From NCBI GenBank assembly GCA_964617045.1, contig CAZTVZ010000002.1, positions 76,095 to 140,094 on the forward strand: a DNA stretch of 64,000 nt, written 5' to 3'. Numbering within the stretch: the first letter of the stretch is position 1; every line of letters begins with the position of its first letter. Source of the stretch: an uncultured Gammaproteobacteria bacterium (GTDB lineage Bacteria > Patescibacteriota > Microgenomatia > UBA8517). Under the pieces are notes generated by a model. It saw nothing but the letters and a program-made list of their open reading frames with translations. It was not told the DNA's origin and did no database searches. Of this stretch, positions 49,576-59,307 are shown in pieces. The position numbers and the translations under genes are program-made.

Positions 49576-51008
49576 TGATTAATTTAATTCTTACTGCCCT
49601 AACTGGATTTTTGGTTAGAATGTTTCGGATAACCGAATCTTTTTGGCATGATGAGGCGATTGGGATATCAATAGTAGAGAGATACTCTTTACAAGAAATT
49701 ATTTCGAATTACCTTCCTTTAGATAACCATCCTCCCCTTTATTATCTGACCCTTGATATATGGACAAACATTTTCGGATACAGTGAACTTTGGATTCGAT
49801 TATTGTCGGTATTCTTGGGTATTGGCACCATTGTTCTTGTCTACTATATATACCAAGAAATATCCGGCAAAAAATCCGTATTGGCAAGCCTGCTTCTTGC
49901 AATATCCCCTTTGTTTATCTACTTCACGCAGGAGGCAAGAATGTACAGTATGGCTGCATTTTTTACCTCTCTGGCAGTTTTGTTCTTTTTAAGAACTTTT
50001 GGTAAACATAATCCTTGGAATTACTTATGGTTTGCGGTAGGACTTTTGGGAATGTTTTTCTCCGACTACATGCCGGTATTCATGTACCCGGTATTTATCA
50101 TTTTTGCGATAATCAGAAAACAAAAATGGTCTTGGTGGAAATGGTTTTTACTCTCACATATACCACTTCTGGTATTTGGAGTTATGTGGATTCCGATTTT
50201 ATTACAGCAATTATCGAGCATGAGCCAGCAAGTTCAGGTATTCCCCATGTGGAAGCAATTGGTTGGTGGTTTTTCGATTAAACACATCTTACTGCTTCCG
50301 ATAAAAATGATTGTTGGAATGACCAATTTTGAAAACAAAAATATCTATTATGGAATGGTTCTAGTTGCTTCGATCCCTTACGTTTACGTTTTGGCAAAAG
50401 GATTAAACAGTTTCAAGAAGAATATTCTCGTTTGGCTTTGGCTGTTGGTACCCCCAGCTCTGGCATTTATTGTATCCTCGGTTGTTCCCGTGTTTAACTT
50501 TTTTAGATTTATATATATTCTTCCCGCTTTTGCTTTGCTTCTTGCCGTTAATGCCAAGAATGAGAACTTTGGGAAATTAAGTAATTATGTTATTCCCACA
50601 CTCCTGATTATTCCTTCGTTTTTCCATGTTTATTATCAGACTAAATCAATTACATATCGTGAGAACTGGAAACAAGCAGTACAAGATGTCGAATCGAGAA
50701 TAAAGGATGATGAAATAGTTCTCTTGGAATACCCACATACTTTACCCGGATATTATTGGTATTCACAAAAGAAAGACATGGTATTGCCTGCAATAACAAA
50801 ATTCCAAAACACGAAAGAAGAAATTGACGCATATATTCCCGAGATAACAAAGAATGTTAATGGAATATATTACTTTGAATATTTGCGGGATGTGACAGAT
50901 CCTCAGAGATTAGTTGAAAGAGTCCTTCTACAGGAGGGCTTTCAGACTGCTGATATTCTTGACGGATTTTCGGGTGTTGGCCAGGTAACTTACTTTAAGC
51001 GTAAATAG
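49575..51008 (+). CDS. GT-C membrane glycosyltransferase (GT39/PMT_2-like)
   Basis: SFWHDE, DNHPPLYY, RLLS, AISP..IYFTQEARMY motifs. Confidence 0.85.
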   Translation: MINLILTALTGFLVRMFRITESFWHDEAIGISIVERYSLQEIISNYLPLDNHPPLYYLTLDIWTNIFGYSELWIRLLSVFLGIGTIVLVYYIYQEISGKKSVLASLLLAISPLFIYFTQEARMYSMAAFFTSLAVLFFLRTFGKHNPWNYLWFAVGLLGMFFSDYMPVFMYPVFIIFAIIRKQKWSWWKWFLLSHIPLLVFGVMWIPILLQQLSSMSQQVQVFPMWKQLVGGFSIKHILLLPIKMIVGMTNFENKNIYYGMVLVASIPYVYVLAKGLNSFKKNILVWLWLLVPPALAFIVSSVVPVFNFFRFIYILPAFALLLAVNAKNENFGKLSNYVIPTLLIIPSFFHVYYQTKSITYRENWKQAVQDVESRIKDDEIVLLEYPHTLPGYYWYSQKKDMVLPAITKFQNTKEEIDAYIPEITKNVNGIYYFEYLRDVTDPQRLVERVLLQEGFQTADILDGFSGVGQVTYFKRK

Positions 51009-51012
51009 CAAG

Positions 51013-51018
51013 TATAAT
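51013..51018 (+). promoter_or_regulatory. Putative -10 box (perfect TATAAT), leaderless-type
   Basis: TATAAT ends 5 nt before ATG 51024 in a 15-nt gap. Confidence 0.55.
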
Positions 51019-51023
51019 AGGCT

Positions 51024-52103
51024 ATGCGCATTGGAATAGATATCTCTCAAATTGTCTACGGTACGGGTGTCTCTTTTTATACAAAAGAATTAGTCAAGAA
51101 TCTTCTTCGTTATGATAGAGAAAACGAGTATGTTCTTTACGGGGGATCTTTGCGACGAATCCCCGATCTTAAATCGTTTTCCTCATCTTTGGCGGGGAAA
51201 TTCACAACTAAGTTTTTGCCGATCCCTCCCTCAATTGCTGATTTTCTTTGGAACCAGATTCATTTCCCCAAGATTGAAAAATTTACGGGACAATTGGATG
51301 TATATCATTCTTCGGATTGGACACAGGCCCCGAGTGATGCCTTTAAGGTTACAACCATTCACGATATGGCACCTTTTAAGTATCCCCAGTTTACAAACAA
51401 AAAAATTATTGAAGTTCATAAAAGAAGGCTTAATTGGATTAATAAAGAAGCAGATAGAATTATAGTTCCTTCAAACGCAACCAAGAATGATTTGGTAAAG
51501 CTTGGTATGGATGAAGAAAAGATCAGGGTTATTTATGAAGCTCCGGGAGAAATATTCAAACCCGCTTTGAAAAGCGAAATAGAATCCATTAAAAGAAAGT
51601 ATAAGATCCCGGGAGAGTATGTGTTTGTTGTAGGTGTGGGTGGAAGGAAAAACACGGACAAAACCATAAGTGCCTTCGAGCTTGCAAGAGCGGGGAAAAA
51701 TTTAACTCTCGTATTGGCCGGAAAAGGAAGTGAAATATACACCAACGAAAGAAACATTAGAGGAGTCGGGCAGGTCGGAGACAAAGAACTTGCTACTCTT
51801 TACTCCGGTGCAAGTGCTCTTGTCTATGCTTCTCTTTACGAAGGGTTTGGGTTGGTTATTTTGCAGGCTTTTGCTTGCGGATGCCCTGTTGTAACATCAA
51901 ATAAATCAAGCATGAAAGAGATTGCTGGAGACGCTGCCGTTTTGGTTGATCCAGATAGTGTTGGATCCATTGTCGAAGGCCTTAAAAAGGCTCTTGCGGG
52001 TCCACAAGGATTAATTAAAAAGGGTTCCGAGAGAGTAAAAGAATTCTCTTGGGAAAAAGCTGCAAGAGAAACAATAAATGTCTACAAGGAGGCTATAAAA
52101 TGA
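51024..52103 (+). CDS. GT4 glycosyltransferase (MtfB-like)
   Basis: RIGID, TGVS.Y, TIHD, RKN, SLYEGFGLVILQAFACG, FSWEKAA motifs. Confidence 0.9.
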   Translation: MRIGIDISQIVYGTGVSFYTKELVKNLLRYDRENEYVLYGGSLRRIPDLKSFSSSLAGKFTTKFLPIPPSIADFLWNQIHFPKIEKFTGQLDVYHSSDWTQAPSDAFKVTTIHDMAPFKYPQFTNKKIIEVHKRRLNWINKEADRIIVPSNATKNDLVKLGMDEEKIRVIYEAPGEIFKPALKSEIESIKRKYKIPGEYVFVVGVGGRKNTDKTISAFELARAGKNLTLVLAGKGSEIYTNERNIRGVGQVGDKELATLYSGASALVYASLYEGFGLVILQAFACGCPVVTSNKSSMKEIAGDAAVLVDPDSVGSIVEGLKKALAGPQGLIKKGSERVKEFSWEKAARETINVYKEAIK

Positions 52104-53221
52104 TAATAGGGATAGACGGTAACGAAGCAAACATTCAAAATAGGGTTGGAGTAAACCAATACGGGTACGAACTCCTGCATTCTCTGCGAAAACTACAGGA
52201 AGAATGGAAGAATTCGCATAAGGTCATAGTTTTCCTTAAAAACGAGCCTCTTCCCGACATGCCCAAGCCTTCTGAACACTTTAAGTATAAGGTTCTTCCG
52301 GGTGGAGGAGCATGGATAATAAAAACTCTTACTCCTTATTTGTTTAAGGCTAAAGACAAACCTGATATATTTTTCTCGCCTAGCCACTATGTTCCCCCAA
52401 TATCTCCTGTGCCAATGGTGTGCTCGATTATGGACCTCGGATACCTCGTATTTTCGGGACAATTTAAAAAATATGACTTCTGGCAGTTAACTTTGTGGAG
52501 TGCTTATTCGATATTGGTATCAAAACGGGTCATAGCGATATCAAATAGTACAAAGAAAGACATTGTACGACACTATCCCTTTGCCTCGAGAAAGACGGTT
52601 GTTACCCTACTGGCGTATGATAATAAAACTTTCAATCTGAACGTTCCCGAAAAAGATGTGCGACGTATCCGAAAAACCTACTCTATAGTCGATGACTATA
52701 TCTTGTACCTTTCAACCTTGAAGCCAAGCAAGAATGTCGAGGGTCTTTTGGAGGCGTACAGTAAAATTAAGAATGCCCCCACACTTGTAATAGCAGGAAA
52801 GAAAGGGTGGCTTTACGAATCCATTTTTGAAAAGGTTCAAAATCTTGGTATTGAAAGTAAAGTTATTTTTACGGACTTTATTCCAGACGAAGACAGGGCT
52901 CCTTTAATCGCCGGAGCAAAACTTTTTGTTCTTCCTTCTTTTTGGGAGGGATTTGGTCTCGATGTTCTCAATGCCATGGCATGTGGAGTGCCTGTTGTGT
53001 GTTCGAATGTCGGTAGTTTGCCGGAGGTGGCAGGGGAAGCGGGTATTTTGGTTGACCCGTATAATATGGATAGTATTAAAGAGGGAATTGAAAAAGTGCT
53101 TTCGATGAACTCAACAGAATATACTAGAATAGTAGAGAAGGGTTTGGAACAGGTTAAAAAGTTTTCTTGGGAGAAAACTGTCAGAGAAACCCTAAAGGTA
53201 TTGGAAAATGTTCAGAGATAG
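52100..53221 (+). CDS. GT4 glycosyltransferase (MtfB-like)
   Basis: IIGID, VGVNQY, KPSKN, PSFWEGFGLDVLNAMACG. ATG 52100 overlaps the upstream TGA. Confidence 0.9.
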   Translation: MIIGIDGNEANIQNRVGVNQYGYELLHSLRKLQEEWKNSHKVIVFLKNEPLPDMPKPSEHFKYKVLPGGGAWIIKTLTPYLFKAKDKPDIFFSPSHYVPPISPVPMVCSIMDLGYLVFSGQFKKYDFWQLTLWSAYSILVSKRVIAISNSTKKDIVRHYPFASRKTVVTLLAYDNKTFNLNVPEKDVRRIRKTYSIVDDYILYLSTLKPSKNVEGLLEAYSKIKNAPTLVIAGKKGWLYESIFEKVQNLGIESKVIFTDFIPDEDRAPLIAGAKLFVLPSFWEGFGLDVLNAMACGVPVVCSNVGSLPEVAGEAGILVDPYNMDSIKEGIEKVLSMNSTEYTRIVEKGLEQVKKFSWEKTVRETLKVLENVQR

Positions 53222-53801
53222 AATGGGAAATAAACTTTCCTTCGGGAAAGTAATAGAAAAAGTGGGAAATAGAATATATTCCTACTTTGCCGACTTTGGA
53301 TTAATGCTTATCAGGTGGGTCGGACATATTCCTTTTCATTTTGTGCGCAACATTGTTTATCGTATCTCGGGAATGAAATTGGGAAAACGGGCAACTATTC
53401 ATATGTGGGCAAGTTTCTTTAATCTAAAAAATATCGAGATAGGTGAGGGAACCATTATAGGTGATCATGCATTTTTGGATGGCAGGGCAAAATTGAAAAT
53501 AGGGAAAGAAGTGGATATCGCTTCTTCGATTATGATTTACAATTCCGAACATGATTTAACAAGTGACGACTTCCACGCAATTACCGAACCGGTTGAAATT
53601 GGAGACCACGTATTTATCGGTCCGCGGGTTACAATAATGCCCGGGGTGAAAATTGGTGACGGGGCGGTTGTTGCCGGAGGAGCGGTTGTTGTTAAGGGTG
53701 TTCCCGAAAGAGCAATCGTAGGTGGAGTACCCGCAAAAGAAATCGGAGAAAGAAAAGGATCCCTTGACTATAAACTTGGTAGAGCAAGGTTGTTCCAATA
53801 A
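53208..53801 (+). CDS. Left-handed beta-helix (hexapeptide) acyltransferase, probable sugar O-acetyltransferase
   Basis: IEIGEGTIIGD, VEIGDHVFIG, PGVKIGDGAVVAGGAVV, VGGVPAKEIG motifs. Confidence 0.9.
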   Translation: MFRDRMGNKLSFGKVIEKVGNRIYSYFADFGLMLIRWVGHIPFHFVRNIVYRISGMKLGKRATIHMWASFFNLKNIEIGEGTIIGDHAFLDGRAKLKIGKEVDIASSIMIYNSEHDLTSDDFHAITEPVEIGDHVFIGPRVTIMPGVKIGDGAVVAGGAVVVKGVPERAIVGGVPAKEIGERKGSLDYKLGRARLFQ

Positions 53802-54370
53802 TGCTTAAAAAATTTCTCTTTCTTTTTTATTGTCTTTTCTCTTTGTTTTTTTTAATCTATCTGGTTGTACCTGGACCCGACAGTATTACTGACTTTCCCC
53901 CTCTTCCTACTTCTTTAAAATCTTCTCTTGAAGGAGATACTATCCAGGTGCCGAATGTCTCTGCATATTTTTCCGACAATTTCAGAAACGAGGCGGTCAA
54001 GTACTATAAAGATGCATATCAGAAGAACACTCCTTTTTTCTTTCCACCCTTGAGGCTTAACCATCCTCCTGAATATGCCTATACAGTGATTAAAGATCAA
54101 ACCGAAAGTACATACATTGAAGAATATACTTATCCTTTCAGGGATTCATTGTATGTTAACGGAATGGAGCCTGTGAACGAAGACGGAACCCCCAGGTTTA
54201 CCGGAGCATCTAAATATAAAATCGATGACGTGGAATATTCCACCAAAGTCACACTTAGATACTACCCTTCAAATATCGTAAGCAGATTAATTCTATGGGT
54301 GGGAATTAATTTTTCAATTATTATTCTTTATGTGACTGGAAGGAGGCTTTTTGCAAATGGCCAAACTTGA
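53801..54370 (+). CDS. Hypothetical protein with N- and C-terminal TM segments
   Basis: 189-aa ORF translationally coupled on both sides. Hydrophobic ends flank a Pro/Tyr-rich soluble domain. Confidence 0.7.
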   Translation: MLKKFLFLFYCLFSLFFLIYLVVPGPDSITDFPPLPTSLKSSLEGDTIQVPNVSAYFSDNFRNEAVKYYKDAYQKNTPFFFPPLRLNHPPEYAYTVIKDQTESTYIEEYTYPFRDSLYVNGMEPVNEDGTPRFTGASKYKIDDVEYSTKVTLRYYPSNIVSRLILWVGINFSIIILYVTGRRLFANGQT

Positions 54371-55256
54371 ATTAATTTTTCTTAATTACAAAACGGCGGA
54401 AATGACAATGGATGCAATAAAAAGCATTTATGACAATCCTCCAGATTGTTCGTATCGTGTATGGCTTGTGGACAATGCATCAAACGATGGGTCCTTGGAG
54501 AAAATAAAGAAAGCTTTTCCTGAGGTTAAAACAATTGCCAATCCGGAAAACTCCGGTTTTGCGATTGGAAATAATCTTGCCATCAAAGAGGCGTATCCCG
54601 ATGGAGAGTATTATCTCCTAATAAATACGGATACCATTGTATACAAGGATTCACTTAATGCGCTTGTTAAGTTCGCGGACAAATCGGATCATGGGATAGT
54701 AAGCTGTTATCTCACCAATCCAGACGGATCGTTTCAACCCAACTGTGGAGATCTTCCTACATTTATTCCGATGATGACATGGTTAACGGGAATTGACGAT
54801 TTATTTAAAAAGGTAGTAAATATTCCTTCCTATCATCAGGAAAGTAAAAAGTATTATGTTGATGGAAAAACAGTTGGATGGATATCCGGATCGGTATTTT
54901 TGATCAAAAAAGAAACAATAGAGAAAATCGGAATGCTTGACGAAAAAATATTTATGTACGGAGAAGATGTTGAATATTGCTGGAAAGCAAAAAGAGCTGG
55001 AATAAGCTGTGGGTGGACGGATAAAGGAAAAATACTGCACATCGGAGGAGCAAGTTCAGATAAACCGAAATTGAGACAGTGGGCGGGGGAGTTTAAAGGA
55101 TTATTTTACCTGTATAAAAAGTTTTATGGATTCGTTCCTTCTCTCGCAGTACGATTAATGTCGTACGTTTTTATTTTTCTAAGAGCTATAGCATTTATGT
55201 TAATGGGTAAATTTGATCATGCAAAAACATATGTCCAAGTTATCGGAAATATTTGA
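54357..55256 (+). CDS. GT2 glycosyltransferase (WbbL-like)
   Basis: LNYK, VDNASND, NSGFAIGNN, INTD, FMYGEDVE, HIGGAS motifs. Confidence 0.9.
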   Translation: MAKLELIFLNYKTAEMTMDAIKSIYDNPPDCSYRVWLVDNASNDGSLEKIKKAFPEVKTIANPENSGFAIGNNLAIKEAYPDGEYYLLINTDTIVYKDSLNALVKFADKSDHGIVSCYLTNPDGSFQPNCGDLPTFIPMMTWLTGIDDLFKKVVNIPSYHQESKKYYVDGKTVGWISGSVFLIKKETIEKIGMLDEKIFMYGEDVEYCWKAKRAGISCGWTDKGKILHIGGASSDKPKLRQWAGEFKGLFYLYKKFYGFVPSLAVRLMSYVFIFLRAIAFMLMGKFDHAKTYVQVIGNI

Positions 55257-56682
55257 AAAAGTTCTCTATTGGGCGGTACTTGTTCTAATACTGTTCATAC
55301 CGCTATTTATGAAGTTCCCCCTCTTGGGGGTACAGGGAACGTTTGTTTCCGTAAGATCCGAAGATATTCTTATTGCTGCCACTTATCTTGTATGGCTACT
55401 TTATTTGATTGTATCGGGAAAAATAAAAGTATTTTTTAAAGATAAACTACATATAACTTTCTTGGTATTCTTTATTGTGGGTTTTGTTTCACTATTTTCG
55501 GCTGCATATATCACATATACGGCAGGTATTAAATTGGGGCTACTACACTTCTTAAGAAGGATAGAAATGATAATGCTTCTTCCGATGGTTGCATCAATAA
55601 TTAAAAATAAAAAGCAGGCATATTTCTATCTTTTTTCATTATCTTTGGTGGTATTTATTGTTAATTTTTATGCTTTGGGGCAGAAATTTCTTCAGTTCCC
55701 GGCTGTTTCTACAACCAATTCGGAGCTATCAAAAGGCGTCGTCTACTATATTCAACCTTTTGACAGAATAATATCTACATTCGGTGGGCACTATGACCTT
55801 GCCGTATTTTTATTAATGTTCTTGTCGATTGCTTCGGCAACCGTCATTTATACGTTAAAAAAGAAAACTGTTTTGGGAATTTGGCTTTTAGGTCTTGCGG
55901 GTATTTCAGGAGTAATACTTGTGATGACGGCAGCCAGGCTTTCATTCTTTGCCGCGATATTCGGGATTATTGCTGGACTGATCTTTTCTGGAAACAAGAA
56001 ATTTATTTTGGGAATTGTTATCCTCGCAACAATTGCGGTCGCATATCCTTCACAGCTTAGAGATCGACTTGTTTCTACCTTTACGGTAACAATTAAAAGA
56101 AGTTGGGACGGTTATTTTTCGAACAAAGACGAAAACTCGGGTAGGTCAAAATTAAACATTCCGACACTTCCTTTAACGTGGGAACAGCAAGCAAAAGAAG
56201 AATCATCGAATTCGGCTCAGGTTAATACCGGGGAACCTGCAGATATTGTACCCGGAGAGCCCGTAGATTCTACGGATTTGGGTGTATATCGATCTTTTGA
56301 AATACGAATACGCGCTGAGTGGCCGCGAGCTATACGTGCTTTTACCAAGAATCCCTTGTTGGGTACGGGATACTCCTCGATCGGTTTGGCAACGGATAAT
56401 GATTACCTAAGACTATTGGGAGAAATCGGAATACTTGGTGCAACGGCTTTCTTCTTTGTTCTTTACGAGGTAATAAGGAGAGTTGTTATGGTATTCAAAA
56501 ACTCGGATGGATTTACCAAATATCTCGCCGCAGGAGTACTTGCTATGATTACAGCTTTTCTTATAAATGCTTTGTTTATCGATGTGTTTGAAGCAAGTAA
56601 AACGGCATCTTTATTCTGGATTATTCTGGGAATTACTTTGGGGTTATATAATATCGAATATGGGAATAAAAAAGATAATTGA
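55231..56682 (+). CDS. O-antigen ligase/Wzy_C-family membrane protein
   Basis: R.ISTFG, T.AR, R...W..AI..F..NPLLGTGY and NDYLRLLGEIGILG motifs of the Wzy_C domain. Confidence 0.8.
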   Translation: MSKLSEIFEKVLYWAVLVLILFIPLFMKFPLLGVQGTFVSVRSEDILIAATYLVWLLYLIVSGKIKVFFKDKLHITFLVFFIVGFVSLFSAAYITYTAGIKLGLLHFLRRIEMIMLLPMVASIIKNKKQAYFYLFSLSLVVFIVNFYALGQKFLQFPAVSTTNSELSKGVVYYIQPFDRIISTFGGHYDLAVFLLMFLSIASATVIYTLKKKTVLGIWLLGLAGISGVILVMTAARLSFFAAIFGIIAGLIFSGNKKFILGIVILATIAVAYPSQLRDRLVSTFTVTIKRSWDGYFSNKDENSGRSKLNIPTLPLTWEQQAKEESSNSAQVNTGEPADIVPGEPVDSTDLGVYRSFEIRIRAEWPRAIRAFTKNPLLGTGYSSIGLATDNDYLRLLGEIGILGATAFFFVLYEVIRRVVMVFKNSDGFTKYLAAGVLAMITAFLINALFIDVFEASKTASLFWIILGITLGLYNIEYGNKKDN

Positions 56683-58123
56683 ATCAAAAGCCTTTAGGAT
56701 AACAGTATTAATAGGAATAATTATTGGAGCCTTTATAGTTAGGTTATATAAAATTAACGAACCGTTGGCTGATTGGCATTCCTGGAGACAAGTAGATACG
56801 GCATCAGTCTCAAGAACATATGTTGAACAAGGAATTGATCTTCTAAACCCCCGATACCATGATGTTTCAAGTATTCAAACGGGTATACCCAATCCCAAAG
56901 GACTTCGTTTGGTTGAATTACCAATATTTAATGTAATTCATGCTTTTTTGACAATTAGTTTCCCAAATTTATCTTTGGAGTTTTGGGGAAGAATGACATC
57001 AATAATATTTTCCTTGTTCTCGGTTTTGTTCTTATTTTTATTGGGAGAAAGATACATCGGAAAATGGGGCGGAATACTTGCGGCATTTTTCTTTGCCTTT
57101 ATTCCGTTCAATATTTTCTACAGTAGGGTGATTCTTCCTGAGCCAACCGCTGTTGCATTGTCGTTGGGTGCATTGTGGTTTTTTTCTCAATTTATCGAAA
57201 AAGACAATCAAACTTATCTTTACATATCTGCCGTTGTGTTTTGTTTGGCACTTCTCGTAAAACCGTTTTCAATTTTCTATGCCGTACCGATGATTTGGCT
57301 TATCAGAAATAAATGGGGGGATATTACTTATGTATTTAAAAATTCCAAGCTTCTTATTAAGTTTTTGATATTTGCCAACATTATCCTTGTTCCCATTCTT
57401 CTTTGGAGATATTTACTGTCACTTCACCCCGAAGGTGTTCCTTTCTTTACATGGGCTTTTAATGGTGACCATATTCGTTTTAGGCCATCATTCTGGAGAT
57501 GGATATTTGCAGAAAGATTGGGAAAGATGATTCTGGGTATATGGGGTATAGTACCTTTTATTTTTTCCATTATTCAAAAGGGGAAAAGTGATTTTGTGAG
57601 ATATTTCATGATCGGAGCATTTTTATATGTATCGACTATTGCAACAGCAAACGTGAGACACGATTATTATCAAACGTTTATTATTCCGATGGTAGCTTTT
57701 GGTGTTGCAGCGGGGGGATATTATCTTTGGAATCAAAACATATTCAACAAATTAATTACCAGAACGCTATTTGTCTTTTCAACTTTACTGATGTTGATGG
57801 TCGGATATTTCCAGGTTATCGATTTATATAATATTAACCATCCGGAAATAATTCGTGTTGGAGCAAGAGTAGACGAAATAACACCCAAAGATTCTTTGGT
57901 TGTTGCACCGTATAACGGAGATACGGCATTTTTGTACCAAACCAAAAGATGGGGATGGCCGGCTGTTGATTCCGATATCGATAATATTATTGCCAGAGGA
58001 GCAGATTATTATGTTTCGGTTAATTATGACGATGACACAAATAAATTTATGAAAAGATTTGTAACGGTTGAGAAAACTCCAGAATATATTATCCTTGATT
58101 TACATAAGGAGATATCACAATGA
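56660..58123 (+). CDS. GT-C membrane glycosyltransferase (PMT_2/ArnT-like)
   Basis: DWHSWRQVDTA, ELPIF, P..IFYSR..LPE, LVKP, HDYYQ motifs. Confidence 0.8.
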   Translation: MGIKKIIESKAFRITVLIGIIIGAFIVRLYKINEPLADWHSWRQVDTASVSRTYVEQGIDLLNPRYHDVSSIQTGIPNPKGLRLVELPIFNVIHAFLTISFPNLSLEFWGRMTSIIFSLFSVLFLFLLGERYIGKWGGILAAFFFAFIPFNIFYSRVILPEPTAVALSLGALWFFSQFIEKDNQTYLYISAVVFCLALLVKPFSIFYAVPMIWLIRNKWGDITYVFKNSKLLIKFLIFANIILVPILLWRYLLSLHPEGVPFFTWAFNGDHIRFRPSFWRWIFAERLGKMILGIWGIVPFIFSIIQKGKSDFVRYFMIGAFLYVSTIATANVRHDYYQTFIIPMVAFGVAAGGYYLWNQNIFNKLITRTLFVFSTLLMLMVGYFQVIDLYNINHPEIIRVGARVDEITPKDSLVVAPYNGDTAFLYQTKRWGWPAVDSDIDNIIARGADYYVSVNYDDDTNKFMKRFVTVEKTPEYIILDLHKEISQ

Positions 58124-59307
58124 AAGTATTAATGCTTACTCCATACCTTCCCTTCCCACCTCTTTCGGGTGGACAGACAAGATCATATAACCTTATTAAG
58201 AATCTGTCGAAACACCACGAAATAACGCTATTTTCTCTAATTAAGGACGACTCGGAAAAGAAATATGTCAAAGAGCTGGAAAAATACTGTAAAAAGGTAA
58301 GAGTTTTTAAAAGATCCAAATCTCCATGGACACTCAGAAATATTTTACTTACCGGTTTCTCTCAATACCCATTCCTGGTTATCAGAAATTTGGTTCCTGA
58401 AGAAAAAAGGGCAGTTGAGCAGGAATTAAAAAAAGAAAAATATGATCTGATTCATGCAGAGTGTTTTTATGTAATGCCTCATATTCCTAAAACAAACATT
58501 CCGATTTTGATGGTAGAGCAGACAATAGAATATTCGGTATATAAACACTTTGTTGAAGACCAGGCTCCTTTTCTGATCAGACCACTTCTGTGGTTGGATG
58601 TTCTTAAATTGAAACATTGGGAAACGACTATATGGAAATCGGCAGACAAAGTGGTTGCAATGTCTGATTCGGACAAAAAAGCAATGACAGGACTTGTACC
58701 CGGACTTAATATCGATATTGTCCCGAACGGAATAGACATTGAATATTTTTCCAGAGAACAAAAAGAGACTCAGGATCACCCCAAAGTTTTATATGTGGGA
58801 AACTTTAAATGGTTACAAAATGTTGAAGCTGTCGATCTTCTTATTGACGAAGTATGGCCGAAAATGAAGAAAGCCATACCGAATCTGAAACTATGGATCG
58901 TTGGGATGAATATTACCGATGGAATAAAAGAAAAAGCAGTAGGTGATATTGAAATAACGGAAGCGATACCTGATATAAGAGATGCATATTCGAGTGCAAC
59001 TGTTCTTGTCACTCCGATTAAGGGACCGGGAGGAACAAGGCTTAAAATACTGGAAGCAATGGCTTCCGGAATGCCTATCGCAACCACCTCGGTAGGTGCA
59101 GAGGGATTGGAAGTAACCAACGGTGAACAAATGCTTATATCCGACGACATGGACGAATTGGCAAACAAAGCCGTGCAAATAATTAAAGATAAAGAACTTG
59201 CCAAAAAACTGGGTAATAACGCCAGAAAATTTGTGAGAGAAAAGTTTTCTTGGGAGATAAGTGCAAATGCTCTTGATAAAATATATAAAGAGGCAACCAA
59301 AAAATGA
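58120..59307 (+). CDS. GT4 glycosyltransferase
   Basis: PFPP.SGG..R, VPNGID, GGTRLKILEAMASG, VGAEGL, FSWE motifs. Confidence 0.9.
   Translation: MKVLMLTPYLPFPPLSGGQTRSYNLIKNLSKHHEITLFSLIKDDSEKKYVKELEKYCKKVRVFKRSKSPWTLRNILLTGFSQYPFLVIRNLVPEEKRAVEQELKKEKYDLIHAECFYVMPHIPKTNIPILMVEQTIEYSVYKHFVEDQAPFLIRPLLWLDVLKLKHWETTIWKSADKVVAMSDSDKKAMTGLVPGLNIDIVPNGIDIEYFSREQKETQDHPKVLYVGNFKWLQNVEAVDLLIDEVWPKMKKAIPNLKLWIVGMNITDGIKEKAVGDIEITEAIPDIRDAYSSATVLVTPIKGPGGTRLKILEAMASGMPIATTSVGAEGLEVTNGEQMLISDDMDELANKAVQIIKDKELAKKLGNNARKFVREKFSWEISANALDKIYKEATKK

Noticed and set aside
58776-59300. 174-aa minus-strand ORF and the many other 60-170 aa antisense or alternate-frame ORFs in the track
   Set aside because: All lie fully within well-supported + strand genes, have no recognisable motifs and look like shadow ORFs.
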